Source: Lama glama (Eukaryota). From it: a DNA stretch of 64,000 nt. Below are positions 26,801-39,276 of the stretch, one piece after another; within the stretch, counting starts at the first letter, position 1, and each line of letters begins with the position of its first letter. A model generated the notes under the pieces. The model ran no database searches, was not told where the DNA came from, and worked only from the letters and a program-made list of their open reading frames with translations. A program made the position numbers and the translations under genes. The stretch covers positions 104,038,001-104,102,000 of the forward strand of contig CM052817.1 in NCBI GenBank assembly GCA_028534125.1, written 5' to 3'.

Positions 26801-29800
26801 ACATTATTTTAGAATTTATGAACTATTACAATTTTGAATTTTATTATTTGATATCAAATGATTAAAATCATGCTTTTCTCCCTTCTTATGAAAACCCAGT
26901 AAGTGCTCATGGAACATGGCCTTAACGTTTCGATAATTAGTCAAAAATTTGCTGCTAAATTTTATTGTGGAATGACAGCATATAATTAAGAGATGTAGAT
27001 GGTACATGTGAAAAGTTAATTAACTGCAAGATTTGACAGACACCAGGTAATTAAAAATTAAAATGAAAATGTTGTTTTTATTTAATTATGTTTTATTTCA
27101 TACTATGATACTAAGAAAAGTGAAAGGTGATGTTTTCCTTTAGCCAGATTTGTCTGTCCATCGTGGTAGTTGTCCCATTACATTCCCAGTGAAGTCATAA
27201 TGCACTTCCCGCCTGCAGTGCCCTTAATCTGTTTCTGAAAGTAATTTTAGAAGTTAGAATACTGCTGTGGCATTAAAGTTTAATACTTTGTTGGCACCAT
27301 GGGCAGAAACTGCTAAAAGAAAAAGAAAGACCTACAAAATGGAAACTAAAATGAATATTTCTTAAAACCCTTTTCTCTTCTCACAAAGAAGTGGAACGTG
27401 TGTGTAATACAGTCATGAGGACAAACAATTTAATTTATGACTTGTTATAATGCCCTTGGAGCATTTGCTAATCCTCATTATGGCTTGACCTCAGTTTCCT
27501 GATTTTTTTTTTTATGTTGTTGATGATTCTGATTGATGTCACCTATTTTTGAAGGAGACAGCTCATCCTTGTGAATCACCATATCACCAGGATCTTTAAA
27601 ATGGGTTTTGGTCTAGTGCACACTGAAACCTTCAGACCTCTAAAGGCACTGATTAATAACTCTTAACCCCAGAAATCAAATTCCTTGGGGTATGTCCCCA
27701 GGAGCTAGTTTCTTCTTAAAGACAGTTTGTTTACTATAAGGCTCTCAGTTTGGGATTATCTGAGGAACTGGACTACTGGCCTGAATGTTATGACTCTCCT
27801 AAGAGGGTTCTAGTTGACTTGAAGATTCATGACAGAATTTATTCATTGACCAAATATTTATTGAATGTTTATTACATGATGATGACTATTCTAGCGCCGA
27901 TGATGAAGTAATGAGTAGACACATCTGTCCCCAGAGAACATTCATTAGATTGTCCACGATGTGATTTAAGGAAAAATACAAAATGTGAAAATGTATTGAT
28001 CAGTGAGTGTGTCATAGTTATTTCAAAGAAGCCCATTTAAATATGGGGCAAATAGGAAGTACAATTACTGCTACGAAAAGTTGGGCTGTATTGGTTTACA
28101 ATAATCCATTTGCCTCATCTTTAACGTATTACCTATCATAAAACTTTACCAAATGCTTTTCAGAACATTTACAGAATCACATTTCTAGTATAAATTTGAT
28201 TAATTCTGCAATGGTAAATAGAGAAGGGACAAACCCCAGAATCATTGTCCAGAATCGCACTTTTCAAAGCAAAAATACAAAGAGCACTATTTCCAAGAAA
28301 TTTGTAGAAACAATTGCAAAGGTAATTTGAAATATTATAATCAGAGGAAAAGTGGAACAAGCTATTGGCAAAAGTTTTTTGTTAAATGACACTGCTCAGT
28401 GCCACACTGTATTAATTGTATACATCATAGAAAAGTAATTTTTAATTTGCATTCTAACAGACACTTGGTTTTATAGTGGATTTATCGATTGATGTGCAGA
28501 TTATGAATCAGCTCTTGGGAGGTGTCCCAGGTATGAGAGCGAAATGTTTAGTGGTGATTCAGCCCTGCCTGTATGGAGCTTAAGAAAGGACATATTTACT
28601 TCGAAACAATTTTGCATGGAATTTTGATCATATTGCATATTGCATATTGAAGGAAGTAGTGAAAATTATTATTATAATGCAGTCATTACCATCAAATGTT
28701 GTCCTTTTCAGTAATGCTAACATAACTATGTAAATTTGCTTGTCTGCTCTGAGGTCAGCTGACCACTGAGGTTAAAGACAATTTCTCAGATGTTTGAAAG
28801 GAAACAAACCAACCAACCAACCAAAATCAAAAAACCCCAGCAACAACAACAGTTGCTTGTTGATACTAAACAGACAAGCAAAGAGAAGTTCTATGATTTC
28901 AAGGGACATGCCTCAAAGTAACTATCTTGGTGATAAATCCCAAGCCCTTAAAAGCTTAAACCTATTGCTGTAAGACTGAAGGAGAAAGATTTTTTATCAT
29001 ATGGGGATGATAGCCAGATTCCATACGAAGAAGCAACTCAGTAATCAAGAAGTTAACACTCTCTTGAACTCTTTCTAAAAATTCTTCCTTTGAGGAAGTA
29101 TTTTTATATATGTTTGGACATATCTAGGAACTACCCAGACAGGCAGCAGAAGCAGGGGAAATAATCTCCAGGGCTGTGAGCAGTCAAACATCAGATCTGA
29201 ATTCCATACACTGCCCTTTCTCCTAAAATAAAACCCTCAGCCTTCCAGGTTTGAGTGTGGCTTGCTCACCGACTTGGCATCAGAAGGAGTGCTGGGAATG
29301 GCCCTTAATGAGGACACACTCATAAGTTCGGAATCCAAACTCAATCTGAGTATTCTGAAGGGCTTTAGAATGCCGCCAATGATTACCACTTAGAGTAATT
29401 TACGTCAGGAGCTTTGATTTTCTAATTCGTGGAATTAAAGAGAAAAGATGGGGCAAATGACATGTGGTACGAGCTCTCGGCCGTCGAGAAGGGTGGATGT
29501 ATGTTCCTTGGTGAAAATGATTATAATCAATATAATTCCTATCATTAGATGAAACAGTTGTGACTAGTAATTTTCAAAGACTGCTTTATTTTTATTGCTC
29601 AACATTGTATTAATGTCTTCTGATTCGCCTACAGTTGAGACTGGTATTGCCAGGCACCCAGCAGGCTCTGATGTCAGCACTGTTGCAGCTGCTGGGCTGC
29701 TGGGCTTCCATTGGTGTAACCAGGGAGGCGACAACAGCCCCAGTGATCAGGTAGTTTATCCCTCCCAGCGCAGCAGGTGGCATGAACTTCACATTCATGT

Positions 29801-31944
29801 CAGTTCCCGATACAGATGAGCGGGTGGGGAGGTGGCCAGGTAGATGGGTCTATGTCACAACGAGGAGCTCGGGGCATGCCTGACTCCTTAGGGGACCGCT
29901 ACCCAACCTGCTGGTCCTGCACTTCAGGGAGAGGCAGCCGCCATGCTCTGGGCAGGAAACCCACCTGCCCTTGGACCAGGGTACCCACATTCTGTATCAC
30001 CTGCAGTATCCCCTGGAGAGACGGAGAGCCTTGATTACCCTCCTGCAGAAGCAAATCTGTTTCCACCCCATAGCAGCACTGCGGGTGTCCTGGAATAAAA
30101 CTGCCAAAGCCCTCTGCTCGGGTGTCGAAATGCCAGGCCCCGTGGTGGCCGTCTCCCCTCCACACCCCAACAGACAGAGCCTGAGCAAGATTCCACGATA
30201 ACATGGGTTTGCACCCAGGTGAGGATTGCTTCAGTCACAGTTTAAGGCAGTTTGAAACCATCTCAAGTCATATGATTTGATTTGATTTATTTTTGGTTTG
30301 TCATCTTTATTTTCAAGTCATTATTTTTAATGAAACCATGCATATTGATTTACAAACATGGAAGCAGCTTGACACAACTTACACGCTCTGTATCTGTGAG
30401 AAAGCTTTAGGTACACCCCCCTTGCTAGTAGAGATTAAGCCACATGCCTACCAGTTCCTGTCCACAGGTTACGTACTGGGAGTATCCCTTATATTATAGA
30501 GAAACCAGTAACACCTAACAAATTAAATGGGAGGAGACACAAATGAGCTTCTCTGAGATCTTTAATTGAACTAAAACCTAAGAGTCCCCCAGGAGCTTAG
30601 CTCTGCCTTTGCCCTTTACTCAGGTAGGCTCCCCCTGCTGAGAAAGTGTACACAGACACAGATCTGAGCCAATCGTAGTTTTTAATTAGAAGTGGGAGTG
30701 CGCTTTCTCTTCTCCAATTGTACTGTTTCCTCTTGGAAGAGGAAGGGACCACTGAAGGGGCAGATATGGGGAAAACTCCCTTCCAAACAAGTGCCCAGGA
30801 CATGGACTGGCCCACAGGGTGATCACTGCTCGAATGTCACTTGTTGGAAGGCACTTAGAAGCCAAATTTCTGTTCTCAGAATCGCACACAACTGAGTCAC
30901 ATAGAACATGGCCTACAAGGAGACCGGTTCTCTTAGGATGACTGGTTTTTAAAGGGAGGGCCATAGACTGAGGTACGACGGTCGATGGAGGTGATTTTCC
31001 TGTTCTCCGGGAGATCCTGAACAGCCGTGGGGCTTCAGGACTGCCCCATGTTTTCAAAGATTATTGAAACCAGGGATCAGCATTTGTCCTATTAAACCCT
31101 CAACTGAAATAACAGGCTGTTGCCAGGATATTTACATAGTGGCCTGGAGTGTTTTTTTGTTACTAGTTCTACTATATCCTGCTATATAAAAGGAATTTCA
31201 GTGTATATGTTTCCTAAAAAATAAGTGACTTATTTTTATAAATCATCTGGATATATTCTCATCTCAGTGAGGAAAAAAAAGGTTTTGTTTTTGAATCTCC
31301 TCAGAGTTTGCAGCAAAGATTTGTGTAAACAGCTCTTCCTTTAAAGGAACTGAGTCTCAGGTGACAGGCAAACTGGCAGGAAATTTAATTGTTGAAATAT
31401 ATTGCTTTTCAACAATCCTCTTGTCTGTCTCTAAGGACTGAATGTTATTTCGAAGTGTAGATGATTCTATAATAAAACCTGTTGTGCTGAAACATGGTAA
31501 CATTAGATAAGACCTTTTGTTGTGTGCAGAACTTAGAGACTCATTAACCTTGGAAAGACATGTTCTTATTGAAGTTACTGAATATACTAATTGCAATAGT
31601 TTTGTCATTTAAATAAAAACTAAATTCAGTAAAAAAAAAAATAAGCATTCACCCAAATGCCATATGTGTGCCATATGTTTATGCCAAATATCTGCATTAG
31701 AGCCTTAGTCAAAACTAATTTTGTATGCTAATACAACGTAAGGCTAAACCAAACAGAAATAAGCCTCAGAGTAGGATTTTATCTGATATATATATATATT
31801 TTTTTTTTAAGCCCATTTTTAACACCCATCCTGGGTAGCTAAATGTAGTTTTTAAAGGATTTTATGAGGGCAACATAATGGCTTGTTTAGAATTTTTATA
31901 CTGTTTAATACCATTTAAAAATTTTTGTTTGCTTTTTAATCTGA

Positions 31945-32092
31945 TTTTTTTTAATTTTAAAAAGTGGTAAAATACACAGACCTTAGAATTTACCACTGTA
32001 ACCATTTCTGTGTATCCAGTTCAGTGGCGTTAAGTACTCTGACTTGTTATGATACCATCACCACCATCCATGCACAGAACTCTTTGCATCTT
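31945..32092 (-). mobile_element. L1MB-like 3' end fragment
   Basis: gtggtaaaatacac...aatttaccactgtaaccattt...agttcagtggcgttaagtac...accatcaccaccatcc. Confidence 0.7.
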
Positions 32093-32200
32093 GAGATACC
32101 AGTGTTTTTATACCACACATCCTCTGCAGGTTTTGATGTTAGTGTCCAACTCCTGATTGCTAAGAACGGTGTGATAGCTGATACTAAGGAGAGAGTTCTG

Positions 32201-32281
32201 GGGGAGGGTAAAGCTCAGTGGTAGAGCACATGCCTAGCATGCATGAAGTCCTGGGGTCAATCCCCAGTACCTCCATTAAAA

Positions 32282-32336
<55 letters not shown>

Positions 32337-32377
32337 AATAAACCTATCTCCCTGTCCCCAAACAAAAACAAAAAAAG
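32201..32377 (+). mobile_element. tRNA-derived camelid SINE (Vic-1-like) with (TAAA)n tail and TSD
   Basis: ggggagggtaaagctcagtggtagagcacatgcctagcatgcatgaagtcctggggtcaatccccagtacctcc, with about 14 TAAA units at 32282-32337. TSD taagg(a/g)ga(g/t)agttctg at 32185-32200 and 32378-32393. Confidence 0.93.
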
Positions 32378-33459
32378 TAAGGGGATAGTTCTGATCAAAC
32401 TCAGTTCCACTCTGTGTTCCAGATGGTCAGTTCCACATGGAAGTCCAGGGTTGGTTCAGGGGCCATTCCACCAGAGGAGTCCATGTTTCATGATGTCTTT
32501 GCTTAAGCATGTCACTCTGTACTGAGTTTTCATCAACTAACTTCTAGGCAAAGCTTTGCTATCTGTCAACAGGCGGCTGCTCAGCATTGGTGTGACTTCT
32601 CATTTCTCCTGAGTCTGCATTTTTCAGGATGAATGGTACCCTTCTGTGTAACTCTAGGTAGAAAGGGTGACTTTCTCCTTGCTGTGGAGGCTAAAAGTGG
32701 ATTCCTAGTGCCCCAGTAAATAAGATGGAAAGGCTAAATGAGGTGTGTAGCAACAGCATGTAGATAATATTCACTGAATGTATTATTTTCTTAGTTTATT
32801 TCAAAGCAAATCTTGCAAGTTGATACCTGCAATCTGTGGGTGGTAGGGAGAGACAGAAACTGTAAATAGAAAACTAAAGAGGAAACTGTAAAATCCAAGT
32901 GATTTCCCACAAGCCATACAGAAATCTGGTTCCTGATAGAATATTGTGTTAGTGAAGGACCAGCTTTGCCTCTTAGTGAGTCTCTGACCTGTTGTACTGA
33001 ACAAACACCTATATCTGGCCTCAGTTTTCCATTCCTAATGGCTGTCCATCACTATTAGTAAAAAGTCCAGACTCCCTACCTGATTTCAAGATTCTCCTCC
33101 GGCTGGCTGGGACCTTCCACAAAGGAACCTCTTCCTGGACCATCTCCTGCTTTCTTCCCTCCCCTCAATCCTCTTTTCTGCCTCTACTTAAACGTCACTT
33201 TCTCATGAAGTTTTGTTTTTTTAACCCCTCTCCCGTACTTGATTAACTTCCCCTGGTATATGTTCCCATAAAATCCTGAACCTTATTTCTCTTGAAGTTC
33301 ACTGCACTTTATGTAAATCAGGTTATGATTGCTTTCTGCTCTGCTGTATCTTATATTCCATGATGACACTTACCTGCAAAGCTTGTCAGGGCCCCATCAC
33401 CCCGCACAAGGTCTGGCTTACAGCATCAGCCTGGAATCCTTTTGTTTCCAAAATTAAAG

Positions 33460-34445
33460 GTACATGTAAAAAATGTGACGATAAAGATGCTGAAAGAAAA
33501 CACAGGATATTGCTTTCATAACCTTGGAGTGAGAATGTTTCTCTACCACTGATTCAAAATTGAGAAAACTAAGAGAAACAATTGATGGCCTTGTCCACAT
33601 TAAAAATTAGAAAGCTGTGCATACCAAGAAGTCCCATAAATATAGTGAAAAGACAGATGATAGACTGGGGAAACTGGGGAATGTTTTGTCCTTTTATCAC
33701 AGAGTTAGAAAGAAATGAAACAACATCTCAGTGGATTAAAGAACAAAGCATTTGAGCAAAGAGTTCTTAGATATGATTTTTTCAGCATAGCACTGGGCAA
33801 GTTCTAAGGTTGATAAATATACTGTTGGTAAAGCTGTGGGGAAACAGGCTTTCTCATATCTTCAGGTCAAAGTGTATAGCTGAACATTCCCCATGGAAGA
33901 TAACTTGTCAATAACTTAACATTGTAAATTGACTCAGTAATCCCACTTTGGGGAATTTAACTTAGACAGGAATTGTACAGTTGAAGAATGACATAGCACT
34001 AAATTTTCATCTTAACATTGTTTTTAAGAACAAAAGATTAGAAATAAGCCAACTGTCCATCAGTAGGGCACAGGTTAAATAAATGATGGTGCCCCCTGCA
34101 ATGAAATACCCTGTAGCAGAGATGGAGAACACTCTCCGCATTTTAAACTGGGCAGGTTTCCAAGTTCTATTGTTTAAAGGAAAAATTAAAGCTTCAAAAT
34201 TGTACAGGATAGCATGTTATCTTAGGAAAAGAAGCGGGTAACTGTATACATTCATAGTTAATGATTTTACATATAGCATTTCTAGAAGAGTATAAAAGAT
34301 GATCATTGTGATTACCTAGAGTGAATGGAAGAGCGCTGTGTGGATGGGAGCAGGGGTGTGACGTGAGTTTTCCAACAGAGATTCCTCTTTCACTTCAATT
34401 TTTGAACCTTGAAGTCCTATCACCTATTAAAATTCAATAATAAAA
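33460..34445 (+). mobile_element. Old L1 (L1ME-like) ORF2 3' region and 3'UTR
   Basis: gaaagaaaacacagga...cataaccttggagtg, gactcagtaatcccactttggggaattta and ccaactgtccatcagtaggg. Confidence 0.8.
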
Positions 34446-35068
34446 CAATTAGAGAAAGAAAAACATGTAAAGTTTAAAAAATATAAAATAGGAGGAAAAT
34501 GTAAGAAGTGAGATGTGTTTATACCTGGCAGAGGGGAAGTCAGTGTGAATTAGCAACAGTCCTCCAGCTTACGTGCTTTGGCTCAAAAATGAGGGATTCA
34601 GGCTTTGATCTCTTGGTCACTTCCAATTCTGAGACCTTATCATTTGCCATGTTGGGTTTTTATGAAAAGTGTTATGTCCAGATCTTTTCTCTCTTCATGA
34701 AGAAGAGCACAAAGCCAGGTGGGCTTAAAATTTCAAAGGGAAAAGATCATGTTGGATTTGGGAGAATTTCAAATTACCCATTTCTGGTAACAGCAGGTTC
34801 ATTTGCCTGTATCTAGGATTTCTGTGTAGTTTGAGAGAGTCCTCTTGGTTTAATTCAGAATTAATTGGTTTACTTTTAAATGGCAGATGCAATTGTTGTC
34901 AAACCTTCAGTGGCGTAAACATGTATAAAGTCAGAAAAAAAAATGACTCCAGTTTCTTCAGTCCTACTCTGCAAGAGGAGACATGGTATTGTAACTGCCC
35001 CTTCTTGTACATGCATGAGACAGTTTTATAACTCTACATGTGTATACTAAAAATGTGTGTATTATATA

Positions 35069-35135
35069 GAAAGAAAGAAAGAAAGAAAGAGAAAAAGAAA
35101 GAAAGAGAAGGAAAGAAATAAAGGAGGGGAGGGAG
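35069..35135. repeat. (GAAA)n / purine-rich simple repeat
   Basis: Direct reading. Confidence 0.9.
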
Positions 35136-36239
35136 TGAAAGAAAAAGGTTTTCTTTGCAGAAGAGTAATCTTTAATTCTTTGCACTTACAAATGTGGCTT
35201 GTTTAAACCTCCTGAGACCTACACATCTACCTCGGGAGATGTGTTCTGTATGACTTTTGCTTTCTGAAATGTATTTATGTATGATTTGTTCCTAAGGTGG
35301 TGGATTTTATTTTGGAAGATACTCTACGGCGACGTTGGTAGGATACGCAATTGGTAGTATATCTGCTAGTCAAATATGCTGATTACATTTTGTAATCCTG
35401 TCTACCGCAGACTTGCTTTATTCATTTCATGAGTCTGTGGTTCTCGCCCACTGCACAGGGCCCTCCAGGGAAGTGCCCTGGAAGGACACTGATTTGATGT
35501 AAATTTCAACGTCTTTATAATCACCTTCCGAGTGTCGTGTGGCCAGTCATCATTTTCATTGCCAGTGAAATGTTTAGCTGCCAGTTTTGTTCTTTAGTTC
35601 AATGTAATGAGTTATTGAGAAAAAGAAGAGAAAACACATCTATTACCTGAAGTCCTAATTGTACAACACGCACCGTCTATTGTAAGTTGTACGCCGGACT
35701 GAGTCCCAAGAGAGAAAGCTGTTGCTGGCAAATGATTCAATTCTGTTTACATTCAGGGAATTTGTAATGTGATAGTAAAAACAGAATTTCAAGAAGCTGG
35801 GGCATGGTTCTTAGCTAAAATACATTAACTTGACATAGAATTTAAAAATAATATCCTTCATGAGTTGTGTTGTAGCAGTGTATGAAGAAGATGACAAATC
35901 TGAAGAACAATAATCTATTTTATTTATTTATAGAACATCTTTGAGTTAGGACCATGTTGTCATGTTCTCTGCAGCAGTTAGCACATCTATTCGATGGTAC
36001 TAAAAATATAATCACTTTCCCAAAGAAGCCGCATAACTTAACACTGTTCTTTATAGAAAATTCATCCAAAAACTGTCATGGAAATAAATAACTTGGGAAT
36101 AATTTTATTTTACAAGGTTTCAGAATTATCTTGCGCTGCCTTTTCTGTGCCCTCAAATCCGAGTCCTTCCTTTTGTTCTGTCTACTCCCTACCCTGGAAT
36201 TAGTTGTAATTTTTGGACATAGTTGATATAATTTAAACT

Positions 36240-36960
36240 TATTGGACATCAGTGTGTGACAAAAATTAGGCAAGGGGGTAGAGATAAAATTATGGACAAA
36301 AAGTAGGTACAATCTCTGCCTCCATGGAGTTTACAGTCTACTCGAGTAGATTTACATCCATCAAATAACCTCACACACATCATGCATGTATATAATTAAT
36401 ATACATATCTTATGTCCCTCACTGTATGTGTGTGTCTGTGTCTGTGTCTGTGTCTGTGTGTGTGTTATACACATAGATATTTATACAAAAGTGATACAGA
36501 AGATACACAGGACCATACTGGGAGCTAAAATTGAAGACTGAGGAGGAGTTAACTAGTCAATGAAGAAGGTGCATGTTTTCTAGGCACAGGAAGTACCCAA
36601 ATAAATGCTTTGTGGAGAAGAAAAATTGGTGGGTGTGAGTTGCTAAGGAGGGCTTAGCGGGCTGGCATGGCAGAGGTGAAGGGGCTCAGCCTTGTGGGCA
36701 CATGCAGGCCACACTAAGATTTTGCTTTTATCCCCAGAGCAATGGGATTGTAGTAAAGTATTTTAAGCAAGAAAGTGAGATGATGGGAATTATACTTTGA
36801 GAAGCTCTCTCTGGCTGCAGAATTGACAGTAAGTTTTAAGGAGGTAGGTGGTACCTAGAATGGATGCAAGTAGCTTGAGAAAACTCTTACAGGGTTCATG
36901 TGAGAGCCAGCAGTTGGGACAGGAGCAGCGGGAACAGAGATGGTCAGTGGACATTGCAAT
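36240..36960 (-). mobile_element. L2 fragment containing a (TG)/(TGTCTG) repeat at 36426-36464
   Basis: ctctgcctccatggagtttacagtcta, tttgcttttatccccagagcaatggg...ttttaagca and gaaagctctctctggctgcag. Confidence 0.7.
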
Positions 36961-38677
36961 CCTAATGGCATTTGTCCCTTAAACACTAAATTCTACATTA
37001 GTCTAAATTGTATTACTTACTAACTAATTACTTACTAAATTTTACTTACAGATTTAGAGTGGCTTGTTAGAGACTTAGTAATCTAACTTGTCCCTGAGGT
37101 GAGGGTGGATTTAGGACAGCTGCACACATATTTGCTGTTTTATTAGAAATTAAATGTTTATTATCTGCTTGAAGATATTATCACTGTCTCTTCTGCTCCA
37201 TAAGCTCCCTTGTGAAATAGAGAAGCCCCAAAGTAGTTACTATGTTTTAACAAAACTGAAACTTCAAACTACTTTATTGCTACCAAGTGTTGTGTAATTT
37301 TCATGGTCAATGCAACTTTGAATTATAAAATTATTGGATGGACATTAAATGGACTGCTAGAATACTGCTAGGTTGCATTTTATATAACTGGCCTCTTGAA
37401 AGGTTAGTTGCATTAATAAATCTTTAATTTTAGGCAAGAGTATTTTACAAGCTCTTATGCAAAAATTTAAATGACAAAAAATACTGTGTCTTCAAATTTC
37501 ACACACGCTGAATTTATCTGATAAATCTGTGTTTATTATCTCTAATAAAATTCTTAACCAGAGCAGAAGCCATAATTCAATATAAATTCTTAACTTTAAA
37601 AATGTTTAAGCATGTACCTAAACATAAAATTTTTGAGAGATAAACTTTGGAAAAAATTGTATTTGTCTTTTAATTCAGCACTGTCACTACTAAAGGATGT
37701 GACTTTTAGTCAGCATCCTGTGGTATCAGTCAAGAAAGTTAGTTATTTGGCACTTACAATATACAAATGCTAGTCAGTGTTGGAGAGTTGCATCAAGACT
37801 TTTATGATCTAGTATGGCGTTATATTTTGCTAATCTGCCTTTGCTGTAAACAATCAGCCAGAGTTCAAATTCTCCTCTCTCTGGAAATTACTGAAATAGT
37901 CTTAGGTTGAGCAAAACTTTCTTCTCAACAGTTTCCCCGTATTGTTTAGTCGTTTTATGGGTTAGACACCATCTAATTGTTTTTATGCAAATCAAAGTTT
38001 TCCTTTGAGGAAAAAAAAAAGTCTCCTAGAGATTTTACCAGATGGAGAGTAATTAACTGCAAATGAGAAGACATATTAATAGTATCTTATAAAGAAGGAC
38101 ATTTGTCATAATAGCCTTTAAGGATGAATGTGCAAAGTTTTCTCAGTAAAGTGCCCTTTACAGTGTGTGTGTGTGTGTATTTTAATTCTAGGCAATTAAT
38201 TTTTATAGTTGACTTTTATGTTATTCCGTAATGAGTTAGGAGAATTGCATTTTTCAATGGTTTCTCTACCACTTTGGGGACATATCATGACCTTGAAACT
38301 ATTCAGTATTATTACACTTGTGTGCTATTTCATAATTCATATAACTTGCTACTTTTTGTCCTTTATTTATTCAAGTCTTAGATATTTTTCCATGAAAATA
38401 TGGCCATAAGAAATTGATGCCAAAAGAAATGATAAAAAATAATACGGAGCCATTGATAAGAGGTGCTTATAGATTCTCAATCATTTTAGCTTAAATGTAA
38501 CGAACGCTTATGATGTGCAGGACCCTAGGTAAGTGGTTTTCTTAAAAACTGTTTTATCAAAACCTAGAAAAAAGAGGCCATGGCTTCCTCCTTACCTCTT
38601 ACCTGCTGCTTCTGCCCCCTGGGATTACGTATGCACCTGATAGTTCGGTGGTTGTGATACCACTTACGGAGCCAAAA

Positions 38678-39276
38678 TGTTGCCAGCAGTTACGTTCTTG
38701 TCTCATCGCAGAAAGAATTCAGAGACTAGGAGATCATGAAAGTAAAGTGGGGATTTATTAAAGGTTTAACAGTACACTCTCAAGGGGAGAGCAGGCAGAC
38801 TCAGGTGAGCAGCTGCCCTGAGTTTCTTTGGCATGTTGGTTACATAGGGTGTAAAAATGAATGGGTGGAATATTCATTAGAGTGGGAGGGATTTGAGGTC
38901 ATACATACTCCCTGATTTCCATCCCAGCTCTGCCTTCCTGAGGGGAGGAGGGATCTTTGTCCTTATTTAGTTTGGATCAGAAGTATCATGGCCTCGGTGC
39001 ATGATGAGTGCTTCTAATCTGCAAGGCTAATTTTATTGTAATGAGGGCATAATGCACAAAATTTGCATTCAGATGCCAGAGATCCTTGCCTTTTCCCACC
39101 TTTCTTTGCCTCCAGGACACTTGTCACCCCAAAATGTGTGGTTTCTTTTCAGTCTGGAGGTTCCTGCTTTTCTCTGTCTGCCCAAGGACCCTCCACTGTT
39201 CATGAGATGTAGGGTTTCCTGCCACGTGGCCTGTGTGCCCCTTTCTCTGCTCGTATGTAGTTCTGCCTGCTCTAAA
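38678..39276 (-). mobile_element. ERV1-type solo LTR (~600 bp)
   Basis: Begins tgttgccagc on the + strand (minus-strand end ...ggcaaca). The poly(A) signal appears as tttattaa at about 38755. acagtacactctcaaggggagagcaggcag and gggtggaatattcattag are typical of MER31-like ERV1 LTRs. Confidence 0.75.

Noticed and set aside
29610..29810. Faint resemblance of SGTDMNVKFMPPAALGG to ACOT13 or eIF4A-family segments
   Set aside because: Only a few residues match, an upstream in-frame stop is present, and the flanking sequence does not extend either match.
32201..32275. tRNA-like sequences (also at 21785-21858, 45890-45965, 58160-58225, 59615-59675)
   Set aside because: They have A/B boxes but also A-rich tails, TSDs in most copies and dispersed diverged copies, so they are SINEs, not tRNA genes.
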